Below the pieces are notes generated by a model, which saw only the letters and a program-made list of their open reading frames with translations, made no database searches and was not told the DNA's origin. DNA of 63,327 bases, counting the filler, from Octopus bimaculoides (Eukaryota): NCBI RefSeq assembly GCF_001194135.2. It is 8 parts of 7 records of this genome, joined end to end, with 100 filler letters (N's around TTAATTAATTAA, not from the genome) between each part and the next. Parts side by side here need not be neighbours in the genome. Positions count along the whole stretch, not along the records: positions 24,463 to 34,197 come from NW_026340357.1; positions 34,298 to 39,159 come from NC_069005.1; 6 more parts are not named here. One strand, written 5' to 3'. How positions within the stretch are numbered: the first letter of the stretch is position 1; every line of letters begins with the position of its first letter. The translations under genes were made by a program, and so were the position numbers. Shown piece after piece: positions 25,000-37,620 of this stretch.

Positions 25000-27025
25000 A
25001 ACGACGGCTCATGCAGATCGTATATAGACAGAATATTTGATAAGAAAAGAGATAAGTATAGTCCTAGCTGTCCACAGTTTTGTATTGTGCCCTACACGGA
25101 TCACAAACTTGTGACGTGTGAGGTACAGGTAGATAAGTGTCATAGACAGGGACCTGGGTATTGGAAAATGATCGAGTCTATTTTGGCTTGTGAAGCTTTC
25201 CGTACCCGGATTAAGGAGTTAGTTCAGACCTCATTATGTGGCACCATCATTAATAATAGATGGTGGCAAGCCCTCAGGAGAGCCATCCATTTTGAGTCCA
25301 TTAGATTTAGCAAACAGCTATGGTTAGATAGGACTAGAATAGAGGGCGACTTAATTGAGAGCCTAGATGAGGCAATGGAATCTGGCTCCGCATCTAGAGT
25401 GTTGGCGGCGAGAACGGTCTTGTACCCTCACCTCAATGCCAAGCATGAAGGGTGCCGAGTTAGAGGTAAGTTACGCGCTGGGAAACGAGAAGGTATTAGC
25501 GTAGCCAGATGGGCACGTCATGAGGAGAGTCAGAAGGGTAAGAAGTCCTGTATTAAGTCTTTAACCGACGAGCAGAGACGCAAGATCTATGGACAGGAGG
25601 AGATGCAAAAGGCTTTTCACCAGCATTTTGCTTGGTTGTTCGGGGAGAGCGGTCCCCTTGAGCGCGGGAGGGCCTTAAAGGACTTCCTAACTGGTAGGCC
25701 TCGACTCTCGGCACGTGAAGCTGAATGCTGTGAAGGCCCGATCACTCCCGCGGAAGTAAGAGAGGTGCTGGCCGAGTGCGCTGGGGGAAAATCTCCGCGA
25801 CTGGATGGTCTGCCCTATGAGTTTTACCGTTTAATGCCGGACTTGTTTGGGGATGTTCTGGCTGGCGTCGATGCAAACTGGCAGCAGAATGGGAGAATTC
25901 CCAGTTCTGTAAGTCGGGGAGTTGTGTCGCTGGTCCAGAAAGACCCAAGCAAGGGGGATAGCATTATTAATTACCGGCCCATAACTCTACTTAACGTAGA
26001 GTTAAATATTTTGGCCAAGGTGTTAACAAAATGGTTGACGGCTGTCATGGAGAAGCTTGTTGGGAAGCCACAGACTTGTTGAATCCCAGGCAGGTCAATC
26101 CACGACAATCTTCACCTTCACCTACTACACCTTAGATAGAGTAGGGTAAATAGCCGGCAAAGGAGGGGCATTGGTCCATTTAGACCAAAGTAAAGCATTA
26201 GATAGGGTAAACCACCGGTATCTGGGGGCTGTCATCGAAGCGGCTGGGATGGGCCCTGGCTTTCGCGGGTGGATCTTCGCTAAGTATAGCGCCATCAAGT
26301 CCACCGTCCAGATAAACGGTTACCTAACGGAGTTGTTTTCGATCACGCGGTCAGTTTGTCAAGGGTGTCCGTTGTCTCCGATTCTGTATGTTTTGGGCCT
26401 GGAGCCATTGCTGCGGAGGATGGAGAAGTTAGGTGGCAACCCTAATGAGATTGGATGCGGTAAGTTCACTTCTGCTTATGCGGACGACGTCACCCTCATC
26501 GTGTCTTACAAAGCACAACTACTTCGTGTATAAGATGCTCTCCGAGGATACGAAGCGGTGCCAGGAGCAAAGGCTAACAAGGACAAGTCCATCGGTTTGC
26601 GCCTCGGCATCTGGAGGAACAAGCCGATATCGTCCAGTGTCGTCGGACACTGGACAGATAGTCCTGTTAAGTTGCCTGGAGTTTGGTTTGTTTCAGACTC
26701 CCAGACGGAGAAGAATTGGAGCGAGGTAGTGAACAAGCTAGAGGCCATAGCACGGAAGTGGTCCGGAAGGTCTTTGTCCTTGAAGGACAGAGCGGAGGTG
26801 GTGCAGGTGTTTATAGCATCTGGCGGGGGATTTATTGCCGCGACCGGCCTCACTGGAAAGATTTAAACCCGGTCTCATTAAAAGACGTAATCTGACTTTA
26901 TGGCAGAAGGAGTGCCGACAGGCACTCTGGCTAATCCACAAGACGGGCAAAACTGGCTGCGGGAATACCACCTCGGTATTCTATAGAAGACTGGTAGAAG
27001 GAAAAAATGATGGCGTCCTAGGATC
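25000..27025 (+). mobile_element. Tx1/L1-clade LINE ORF2 fragment (end of APE endonuclease + RT), disrupted
   Basis: SYIDRI, YTDHKLV, GPGYWK, KSPRLDGLPYEFY, NYRPITLLNVELNILAKVL, LDQSKALDRVNH, SVCQGCPLSPILYVL, AYADDVTL. Contains stops, frameshifts and an internal deletion near 26820. Confidence 0.9.
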
Positions 27026-27029
27026 TTTA

Positions 27030-27965
27030 TTATGATCCATCGTGATCATAATAAAGATTTCAGATACCAAGCCACTTTTTTGTTGATTTAGATTGGCGAT
27101 AGTATTGTTAATTGCGAGCGGTGAGTGTTGTACTTTGAATTTTTTTGAAACTGTTATTTGTTGGAATTTTGAGAATTGTTGAATTTGTTTCTTTCTTCTC
27201 CATTTTTGGGTGAAGATATGGAAGCTGGCATTTACACCGCGGTGGCAGGCAAAAGCCTGTCAGCCGACATGCTGCAACTAAAAGAAGTAACGTTGGAAGA
27301 CAAGAATTTTAAAAAGTTTAATGAACTGTTTAGAAAGGAGGGGGATTGCCTCCGGTTTACGCCACCTGTCGAGGAGAAAATTATTGTGTTTCGCACATTG
27401 AACGTTGAAACCCTGATCCTCGCTGGACGTTTACCCAGCTGATTGGAAATGAGCCTCCAATTTCCTCCAGTTAACTTCCTGTTAGCGTATTTCCTTGCTG
27501 CCTCCACTGATACGAATGTGATCTCCACAGATGCGTATGTCTTGCCTCTTGTGAAAAACGACACATCTTTCAATTCCCTCAAACACTCCTCCACATCCTC
27601 CTTCATTGCGCTCTCTATTTTATTTTTCCTTGAAAACGATTTATATTCCACCACCGTAATTTCCATTTTTGCCTTTTCCTCCTTTGATGGGGTCAACTTT
27701 ACGTTTGGCCCTTCTTTCTGTACCATCTCTAGATATTTTCCAAATTTCTTAGCCATGTCTTCATCCCAGTGCATTTCGTATTGCTTCAGCAGGCCTGGGA
27801 CGACGGAAGCCCGACTTCGACTCCCCGTCGCTGCCGCATATGTTTTCATTTTCTCATGTCAGCAACGCTCACCAAACAATGGTGGCGTTATACTCAAAAA
27901 CTGCTGCAAAGCAGCACAAAACAACTCAACGAACAAAAAAAAAACGCAGCGAACACGTCTGTAAG
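27030..27965 (-). mobile_element. Tx1-like LINE 5' end: 5' UTR + ORF1 (ATG at 27849), inverted relative to its neighbours
   Basis: MKTYAAAT... start and an RRM-like segment VSFFTRGKTYASVEITFVSVEAARKY...GKRPARIRV, as seen in Tx1/L1 ORF1. Lies amid Tx1 ORF2 pieces. Confidence 0.6.
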
Positions 27966-28189
27966 ATGTTATGTAAAATGTAAAATAGTTCTTTATTACC
28001 CACAAGGGTCTAATAGATGGGACAATACACATAGATGAGACAATACACACATGCGGGAACAATCAACACATGAAAGAATGGAATAGTGAAATTATACAAT
28101 GAAGATGGAACGGCTATGCCAGCCCCGCTCCGAAGTGGTAACTTTATTTCAATTACCAAAAGCCCCTGGCCTGGCAGTGTTACAGGAAT

Positions 28190-28810
28190 GCTCTACCTGT
28201 TCGTGATAAGTTATCCAGGCACGGAATGTCAGTGCCACCGACATGTCCAAGTTGTGGGCTGGACGACGAAACCGTTCAGCACGCTTTTGTACAATGTCGG
28301 GAGCTGTCAAGCTTGATAAGTTACGTAGAACACGTGTTGTTGCATTTGGGAGGAGTACGGCTATCGGCTGGATCTATAATAAAGATGGTACCGCCAGCTG
28401 GACTCTCAAAGGAAGGTGAGGCATGTTTTCTCTGTACAGTTGCAATATTGTAAGAGTGCGTAGGGAGATCTAGATTGGAAGGTATCGTGACAGGATCCGT
28501 TGTCTCTGGCCCCGGGTTGCTAACTTACTTCAGGTACCATCTGAAGAGCAAGATGGGGTTGGAGAGGAAAACCCTGTCGCGAAGCGTGTATGAAAACGAT
28601 CGAAGGATGTGATGAGAAAGGTGAGTGTTAATAACCCAACTTAATCATCGACGAAGGAAGAAATATATAGTCCCCGGGCCTTACAGGTGTGTTCCCTCTG
28701 TTAAAAAAAAAGAAAAGTTTTAAAAACAAGTCAAAATTAAATTGTATATAGCTGAAATTCAAATTTTTTAAATGTCCATACGAATAACATCTTTATGTAT
28801 TTGTAATGTC
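28190..28810 (+). mobile_element. Tx1-like ORF2 C-terminus (CCHC zinc knuckle) and 3' UTR
   Basis: RDKLSRHGMSVPPTCPSCGLDDETVQHAFVQC...YFRYHLKSKMGLERK. Confidence 0.8.
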
Positions 28811-29129
28811 TTGTAATGTCCCCATCTGTGTAAGATTTTTATAATCGAAATGAAAAATTCAGCCAGCAAGCCACGCCTTTTTCTTCTGTCACACGTCGTT
28901 ATTTTCATTTTGCTACCCTGCGTTATGTCAGTTCGTATCTGTCTGTTTCTTGTACATTTCTATGAAATACCTTACCTGAATTTGAACTGTTGTCTTTTGG
29001 CAAACAGTAATTTTCGCCCTACGGGGCAGAAAATTTCTGTTAATTTTTATGTTATTTGGTGGCCATTTGTAAAATGGATTTGAATTTGTTGTCGAATGTT
29101 GACTTTCTGTTCTCAATGGAGGGTTTCCC

Positions 29130-30090
29130 GGAATGAAAGAAAGTAACCAAGTTTGTAACCAGGAAGGAAAGGAAAAGCCAAGTTTTTCTGCTGCTGTTGG
29201 TGACAATTTCTGTGAATTGGAGATTATTTAAGTTTCGAAACCTATAAGTGGCAACGAAACCAAACTTCTGCCACAACAGGACATGATACAAAATTTAACT
29301 GCCAGAACGGTAGTGTACAAAATATACAACTGTAAAGAAAAAATAATGTCAGGGAAGAACGAGGTTGTAGAGAAGTGCCTCACCCCCATATGGGGAAAAA
29401 TTACCTATGTCGGTAGAGGACCAAGAAGCGCTGCTACTGAGGCGCAATTTGAAAACGCTGAAATAGCAAAAAAACGCTAAAAAAAATGATGAGATAATGT
29501 TACTCCCGACCTATCTAAGCCGGAGAACTGCAAAAATAACAATAGGGGAGATACCAGCTGATTTATGATGTAACATGGATGGCAGCGGCCGTAATTTACG
29601 ATGCAGAAGAAGAAATAATAATACTCCAAATGAAAAAGCGAGTGGCTCTAAACTGGAAGATGGTAGTCAAGCCTCAAACGAAATACTCGGATCAAGACCA
29701 GACCGCATTTTTATAGGGTATCTGTCGAGGGACGTAGACCCCGATGCTTCAAATGTGAAGAAAATGGGCACGTCCGCTCGGAGTGTGAAAAAGTAAACAG
29801 AAAAAGGCTGAAGTCCCTCCCCAAAAAGAAACTAACAAGAAAGCAATGGAAAACGTCACAGAAAGCGTCACAGGGAAAGCGGAAGAAAGGAAAATACAAA
29901 ACATTGAAAAAACACAACAGAAGGAAACCGAAGAGGAAATGGAATTCACCACAGTGGTTTCACATAAAAGGGGAAAAACCCATTCCCCAGACTCCCCTCT
30001 ACACAAAACGCAAACATACATAAAAAAAAACTCCCCAATCCACCCCCAAGTCAAAACCCGCCACCACCCACCCCTAAAAATGCACTAGGA
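29130..30090 (+). mobile_element. Second Tx1-like ORF1 remnant
   Basis: KPSFSAAV, KITYVGRGPRSAATEAQFENAEIAKK (parallels the 27.5-kb ORF1 RRM segment) and an EEEMEFTTVVSHKRGK tail. Confidence 0.45.
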
Positions 30091-30789
30091 GAAAGGATTG
30101 TGAAGTACAATGAAAACAATAGTGTTCTAGAAAAAGTATTAACTTCGCCTAAAAAAAAACCTATATTTTTTAACCGATACTAGGTATGCCACCGAATATA
30201 CGGTTGGCAAGGATAGAAGCAAAACTATTCAAACAATCTAAAGAGAGATACCCTCAGGACATACAGAGATGGCCAACAAAAGACTTATGCTTAGCCCAGC
30301 GGCTACACCTCAGAAAGAAAAGGAAGGGGAGGTTGGCGAATTCGTGCTGCCTCTCCCCATACTTAAAATGTAAGTTTTTTTAAATTTTTACCACGGAAAT
30401 TAAGTTAGGTTGTGTAAATGTTCGTGGCCTGGGGTCGAAAAGGAAGCAAACTTGTCCCCTGCGACCGAGTCTAAGTTGAACGGTCCACAGGCGTTCTCGC
30501 CTCTTCTAAATGGCTATGAGAAATATATTTCTCTTAGTCGACGGGGAGGTGGGGCGTAGTGGTGTTGTTCAGAAAAAGCTTGGACGTACAGGTAAGTACT
30601 GTCTTTCTGAACCCAGAAGGTAGGCAGGTCGTCCTAGATGTGACACACGCAAGTAAGTAGTCCTTCAGATTGGTAACGGTCTGCGCTCCGAAAGAGGGTA
30701 GACAAGCTGGGGTTTTTTCGAGACCTGGAGAGCTTTCTGGTGACGTCTAAAACTCTAGTTTAACACTTTAACTCTATTCTCGACGCACG

Positions 30790-31270
30790 GGTGGGAAGAG
30801 AACAGCTATCAGCTGAGTCTGTGATAAAGATTGTACCGCCAACCGGACTAGCAAAGGAAGGTGAGGCATGTTTTCTGTGTATGATCGCAGTAATGAAAGA
30901 GAGTGCATCGAGAACAAGAATGCAAGGAATCGAGACAGGATTCTTCATCTCTGTCCCTGGTTTGCTATACTACTTCAGGTACCACCTGGAGAGCAAGATA
31001 GGGCTGGAGAGGAGACACCTGTCGTGAATTATATATGAGAAAAGATGGAAGAATGTCGTGAAGAAGTTAGGAGTGACTGTCCCTATTTAATGGTAAAAGC
31101 AAGGTGTAGTCGCTGGATTTCTGGCCATTTTTGTGAAAATAAGTTTGTGTTAATTTTTAATTTATATATATGATTCATTCAGTTTTTAATTATAAGCTCA
31201 CTTAGCTCTATATGCCTGTAACGTCCTGTATAGTCCTTCTATGTAAAAGATATTTATTATCATAATAAAG
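30790..31270 (+). mobile_element. Tx1-like 3' end, paralogous to 28360-28640, ending near AATAAA (~31263)
   Basis: LSAESVIKIVPPTGLAKEGEACFLC...YFRYHLESKIGLERR. Clear nucleotide similarity to the 28-kb copy. Confidence 0.8.
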
Positions 31271-31529
31271 AAATTACTCCAGGTTGAAGAAGAGCAATGA
31301 CTCTGAAAGTAGTCTCTAGATGCTGGTTTGCTGGGTGGAGGTGCTTATCGCCCCTGACATAGAAAGCTTGTATCACACAGCAATCTGGAAACGATGTTTC
31401 CTGAGGCTAAATAGCAGTAGCATTCTTCCTTTTCCTTGGACTGCCACATTGCGTTGGCAGCAAACCATCACTTTGTATATATATATATACAGACATACAT
31501 ACAGACATACATACATATACACACACATA

Positions 31530-32598
31530 TATATGCACACATACATATATACATATACACACACATACACATACACACAAATACACACGTGTGCATATGC
31601 AGATGTATATACAAATATGTACATCCATATACATTTGTATAATAATATGAATATTAAATGTAAAAAGCTTATACGTTATAAGTGAAATATGGAATATAAT
31701 GTATAATCTATTAATTATATTAAACGGTGTTAATATAAAGTAGAAAAAAATGTTAGTGGTGGTAATGATAATTATTATGATGGAAAAATAAAGATTAATA
31801 CTAATAAAGAGAAAATCATGTGGAAATATTATAACTACTAAACTACTTGTATGCATAACCAAAAAGAGTGTGCAATTTGTGGAAGTGATTGTTGTGCACT
31901 TAGAATTACTCTAAGTATAAGCGTATATCATCTGTAAGATTTTGGTTAATATAGGTAGATATGTAAGAAACACAAAAAAAAATTTTAATTGGGATAGTTT
32001 AGAGAGGGTTTTTTTTTAATAAATAATTGCATATTATATAAATGGAATAGATTACGTATAAGAAAGAAGAAAAGACGGGGAAAATGATATATAAGGGCAA
32101 AAAATAGTCACCGAAAAAATATTAAAAGGTGTTTGCATGTATCAATAGGAAAAAATTAAAAAGTATCAAACAGATTGGCAATAGTTAATTATGTAGAAGT
32201 AATATTTAGAATAGGTGAGAGATGTATATCTAAATTGCACACACTCTCATAGATATAGTTTAATTATCTTTTTGGTTAAGCATACAAATAGTTTTATAAT
32301 ATTTCCACATTCTTTTCTCTTTATATTTTTCCATCATAATAATCATTATTGCTACCTCTAACGTTTTCTCTACTTTATATTAACACCGTTTAATATAATT
32401 AATAGATTATACATTATATTCCATATTTAAGTTATAACTTATATATTTTTTACATTTACGTATGTCATATAATATTCATGTTATTGTACAAATGTATATG
32501 GATGCACATATATGTATATACATATGCACACATGTGTGTATGTGTATATATATGTGTATATGTATGTATGTTTGCATATATGCATGTATATATGTGTG

Positions 32599-32600
<2 letters not shown>
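31530..32600. repeat. Long inverted repeat: ~350-bp arms (31530-31878 / 32232-32600), ~350-bp spacer
   Basis: AAATATGGAATATAATGTATAATCTATTAATTATATTAAACGGTGTTAATATAAAGTAG is mirrored at ~32370-32430. Small indels between the arms. Confidence 0.85.
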
Positions 32601-32648
<48 letters not shown>

Positions 32649-33260
32649 NNNNNNNNNNNNNNNNNNNNNNNNNNNNNNNNNNNNNNNNNNNNNNNNNNNN
32701 NNNNNNNNNNNNNNNNNNNNNNNNNNNNNNNNNNNNNNNNNNNNNNNNNNNNNNNNNNNNNNNNNNNNNNNNNNNNNNNNNNNNNNNNNNNNNNNNNNNN
32801 NNNNNNNNNNNNNNNNNNNNNNNNNNNNNNNNNNNNNNNNNNNNNNNNNNNNNNNNNNNNNNNNNNNNNNNNNNNNNNNNNNNNNNNNNNNNNNNNNNNN
32901 NNNNNNNNNNNNNNNNNNNNNNNNNNNNNNNNNNNNNNNNNNNNNNNNNNNNNNNNNNNNNNNNNNNNNNNNNNNNNNNNNNNNNNNNNNNNNNNNNNNN
33001 NNNNNNNNNNNNNNNNNNNNNNNNNNNNNNNNNNNNNNNNNNNNNNNNNNNNNNNNNNNNNNNNNNNNNNNNNNNNNNNNNNNNNNNNNNNNNNNNNNNN
33101 NNNNNNNNNNNNNNNNNNNNNNNNNNNNNNNNNNNNNNNNNNNNNNNNNNNNNNNNNNNNNNNNNNNNNNNNNNNNNNNNNNNNNNNNNNNNNNNNNNNN
33201 NNNNNNNNNNNNNNNNNNNNNNNNNNNNNNNNNNNNNNNNNNNNNNNNNNNNNNNNNNNN

Positions 33261-33641
33261 TGCATACAAAAGGTATCTTATGATAGAAGTAAATACCTTT
33301 GTTTTTGCAGCAAAGCGCCTGATATTAAATATGCTGCCAGAGGTTCGATAATGGATGTAAACACTATATCTACAATTTCTGAATGCAATACAGAAAGCCA
33401 TCACAAAATATATGGCGAATAGAGTCGGTGCCAGAATATCCCCTTGCTTCACTCCATTTTGTATTGAGATGGGCTCCGACATTTTACCTCTAACATTAAC
33501 CCTACTCTTCGTGCCTTCATGACCTAACCACAGCAAGGAACTTTTCAGGACAACCAAGTTTCTGGAGGACTTTCCATAGTGCTTTTCTATTAACTGTATC
33601 AAATGCCTTTGACAGATCGACAAAAACCTGATATAAAGCAA
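33261..33641 (-). mobile_element. RTE-clade LINE reverse transcriptase fragment (inverted piece)
   Basis: Minus strand: FVDLSKAFDTVNRKALWKVLQKLGCPEKF, then after a frameshift GVKQGDILAPTLFAIYF...LLYA, running into an N gap. Confidence 0.85.
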
Positions 33642-33646
33642 GACCG

Positions 33647-33935
33647 ATGATTGACTACCAGGCCACTGATGATGATGCTACACACCATACTAATCATGTC
33701 TGTCGGGTATGTGGAAGGGAGTGTGATTCAGAAGGTGGACTTAAACGACACGCAAAGGTACATGGAGCCCAATTACAACAACAGCCAGCTATTGCCAGTA
33801 AAGGTTTTGGATGCCAACTCTGTGCAAGACATTGTAGATCTTTGGCTGGGCTAAAAAGTCACATTCGATCACAGCACCGATAAATTAAGCTTCGTGCAAT
33901 GGCCATACTCGATAACAAGGGAGCAGCCAACATAT
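33647..33935 (+). mobile_element. RTE-like LINE 3' end with two C2H2 zinc fingers and short 3' UTR
   Basis: CRVCGRECDSEGGLKRHAKVH and CQLCARHCRSLAGLKSHIRSQH* followed by a short tail and (TA)n. Directly abuts the inverted RT fragment. Confidence 0.7.
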
Positions 33936-34073
33936 ATATGTATATATATATATATATATATAAATAATAATAAAGGAGTTACGACGCAAAAACGTATAAA
34001 TTCAAATGAACATATTTATCTTCTTCAATATATATTTCAGTATAAAGAATTCATTAAGAGGCTTAAATCAAAC

Positions 34074-34197
34074 TTTCTTTACACATCATTCAGGAATAAA
34101 TATAACATCAGAAAAAATACATTTATTTATTTATTTATTTATTTGTTTATGTATTTTTTCTGATGTTATATTTATTCCTGAATGATGTGTAAAGAAA
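34074..34197. repeat. Perfect 49-bp inverted repeat around an (ATTT)n loop, ending at a contig edge
   Basis: 34074-34122 is the exact reverse complement of 34149-34197. Confidence 0.85.
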
Positions 34198-34494
34198 NNN
34201 NNNNNNNNNNNNNNNNNNNNNNNNNNNNNNNNNNNNNNNNNTTAATTAATTAANNNNNNNNNNNNNNNNNNNNNNNNNNNNNNNNNNNNNNNNNNNNAAG
34301 TATTCACATGTATATAGTGTTTCTGTAATTAAGCACTTTTATCTTAATTAGTGTTTGTGTATATACTGACACACATATATACACACGTACATACATGCAC
34401 ATATATGCACACATTCTCATGTCTGTATCTAAGTATATAAAACTATCTGATATTCAGTTACTCTTAATAGAATTTACATACACATGAACACATA

Positions 34495-34700
34495 CTATGT
34501 GTGTACACTCACTATGTGTATGTGTGTGTATACTCACTATGTGTATGTGTGTGTATACTCACTATGTGTATGTGTGTGTATACTCACTATATATATGTGT
34601 GTGTGTATGTATACTCACTATATATATATGTGTGTGTGTGTGTGTGCATGTATGTATACTCACTATATATGTGTGTGTGTGTGTGTGTATGTATATTCAC
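34495..34700. repeat. ~24-26-bp minisatellite TATACTCACTAT(GT/AT)n, ~7 units
   Basis: TACTCACTAT recurs between variable (GT)/(AT) runs. Confidence 0.8.
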
Positions 34701-34717
34701 TATATGTAGGTATATAT

Positions 34718-34775
<58 letters not shown>

Positions 34776-34857
34776 GCTCTCTCTCTCTCTCGCTCTCTCT
34801 CTCTCTCGCTCTCTCTCGCTCTCGCTCTCTCTCGCTCTCTCTCGCTCTCTTTCTCTC

Positions 34858-34893
<36 letters not shown>

Positions 34894-37359
34894 ACACTAT
34901 ATGCATATCTATACGTGTGTGTGTGTGTAAATATGTAGATTTTTATTATGTACAGAAGTACACTCAAACAATCATGTAACCAGTATTCTAAGTAGTTTTT
35001 CATGAACACGTCTGCATATACACACACACACACGCACGTGTATGTAAATTTTTGTTCTCGGTGGGGGGAGCGGGGGTGGGTTTTCTACCCTGATACATAT
35101 CCTTAATGGCTCTCATAGATAAACAAGCATTTCAGTCATAAAAGAAGTAAACCCACCTACCTACCTACCTACCTACTCACCCCCTTACAGCTCTGAATTA
35201 AAGTGGACAAGAAGTGGGAGGGAGAGAGAGAGGAAGAAAGAAAGAGCAATAACAGTGGTGGTGTTGTCCTCTCTCAAATCAAGACAATGTCTGCCTTATC
35301 AAGGGGCTTTATAACTTCAGAACAAAAGATATCCTTCTAATCTGTTGTTTTATTAATCTGTTTTACCGTTTTTTTTCTTTCCCTGTTGTTGTTGTTACTC
35401 TTCTTCGCCATTAACCAATGAGTATTTTTAGCAGCTGCTGAAAAATATCTTTACATATTGTTTTTTTGCCTTTTTTATTTGTTCATTTTGGGTCCATTTG
35501 TAATTATTTGCATTGTATCCCCTTGTACGCACGTGTGTGCACGCACGCACGCATATACAGGCGTGCATGTATTTCATAAACATGCACATGCACACATAGG
35601 TATGTAAACGTTCACTTTTTCTGTGCTTGCATGGGGCAGATGGAGTTTATTGAGGCAGATTTTCTATGGCCACTGAATGCCCCCTTCCTGTCACCAACCC
35701 TCACCCGTTTCCAAATAAGGTAATATTTCCCGCATGGTCGGACACGATTTCACTGAATATTGGAATTGAATGACACTGCTTGTATAACAGTGATGCTCGT
35801 TTACAACTGTCGTACGATGTCAATTCAAGAGATACAAACATACACACAAGTCTCATATATACATATATGCACACACACATACATACACATGATAGGCTTC
35901 TTTCAGTTTCCATCTACCAGATCTGCTCACAAGGTTTTGGTCGTCACAGGCCTATAGCAGAAGATGCTTGCCCAAGGTTCTGAGCAGTGGGATTGAACCC
36001 AACACCCTGTGGTTGCAAAGCAAGCTTCTTAACCACACATCCATGTTTGTGCCTGTAATATGTATGACCAAAACCTTGTGAGTAGATTTGGTAGATGGAA
36101 ACTGAAAGAAGCCCATCATGTGTGTGTGTGTCTCTTGATTTTGGGTTCTGATCCTTCCGGGCATCAACTTTGCCTTCACTCTTTCAGGGTTGACAGAATA
36201 AAGTACCAGTCATGTGCTATGGTCAATGTGATTAACTGCCCTCCCTTCAAAATTGCTGTCCTCTGGCCTTAATTAAAAGCAATTGTTGTTTTGTTAAGGG
36301 AAGAAAGAATTGTATTTGGAAACCTTGACCGGTCTATTAAATATGATGGTGGAGTATAAGGTTGATTACGATTGCGTTTATTGTTTGACTTGAATGGAAT
36401 CACTCACAGAAGGCAATTACATATTGATATGATATTGATATAATATTCCCTTTTGTAAATTACGGATAGAACTGCTGTGTGGCTTCATTTAAAGAAAGTC
36501 TTAAGTTCTTGTATTACTCAAGGTCATGATGAAGAAATTACATTTGTCAATTTCTGGTTGCGTTCATTTATTCTTTGTGATAAGATTGAATTTTGTCTAA
36601 CGACATGAAATAGCAGCTAATTTTCCTTCAGATCACACCATAATGTTAAAAAAATGCAAAGGACATGTTAAGGATATCTAAAATTACATTATTTGTTGAC
36701 CAGAAAACGAGTGGAATTAATCTTTCTTCACGGTAGTAAATACAAATGCACACCAACATATGTATGTAGACATGTACACACATACAAATGACTACAATTA
36801 GTTGTCTGTGCAGATATAATAGGTAATATAATAGGCAATAACAATGGTTAGTAGGATAGGCATACATATGCGTATATACACACATTGACAATGATTGGCT
36901 GTGTGGACATTTGTATATATAAAAGATAAGAGGAGTTTTTGTCAGGGTGACTCAAACCAATAGGTATGTACTCTGAGTGCTCAATTTGGTGTGCCACTAA
37001 AATTCATGTTTGAACTTCTTTGAACATGGGATTTTGTGACTGTCTTTCTAAAGCAGCTAGAAGTGGCTTCCACTTGAGCAGGTAGGTATAGATTAAAACA
37101 GATATGAAGGGCCAAATGGTTAGGCAATACTTGACAAAGACTTTTAACTCAGCTATATTATAATGAGACCATGTACATCTTTTTATTACATAGCTGAATT
37201 GAATGTCCCTGTCAAGTCTTGCCAATGTTTGCCTTTTCTGTTTTAATCTATACATATGTATATATGTACATATATAGACAATGACAATGATTGTCAGTTG
37301 CCTCTGATGCTCTCTGTGCTGGATGACAAAGAACAGAGACACTGAGAATGGTCCATGCA

Positions 37360-37497
37360 AGGCTAAACATCTCTGAAAGTTTCATCCAAATCCATTCAGT
37401 GGTTCTTGAGATATCTTGTCCACGGACAAACAAACAAACAAACAAACAAACACAACTGAAAACAATACCTCTGCCTTTGCTAAGGCGGAGGTAATAA
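37360..37497 (-). mobile_element. Helentron-associated (DINE-1/HINE-like) element end
   Basis: Terminal hairpin TACCTCTGCCTT-TGCT-AAGGCGGAGGTA, adjacent (AAAC)n microsatellite, and typical GATATCT...GGATTTGGATGAAACTTT body. Confidence 0.55.
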
Positions 37498-37558
37498 TGA
37501 AGACAGGTGAAAGAAGGAAAGGAAATGGAGGTGAATCCACAGGTGTGAACTAGGCTGT

Positions 37559-37620
<62 letters not shown>

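Noticed and set aside
31283-31315. TTGAAGAAGAGC...CTCTGAAAG after the Tx1 3' end, resembling a hammerhead
   Set aside because: The first core C is missing, there is an extra base before GAAA, and no stem I or III can form.
37026-37081. Possible first exon ATG...CAG|GTAGGT encoding MGFCDCLSKAARSGFHLS (mitochondrial-presequence-like) for FAHD2
   Set aside because: Only a donor and a short ORF, no homology, and the required intervening exons are not visible.
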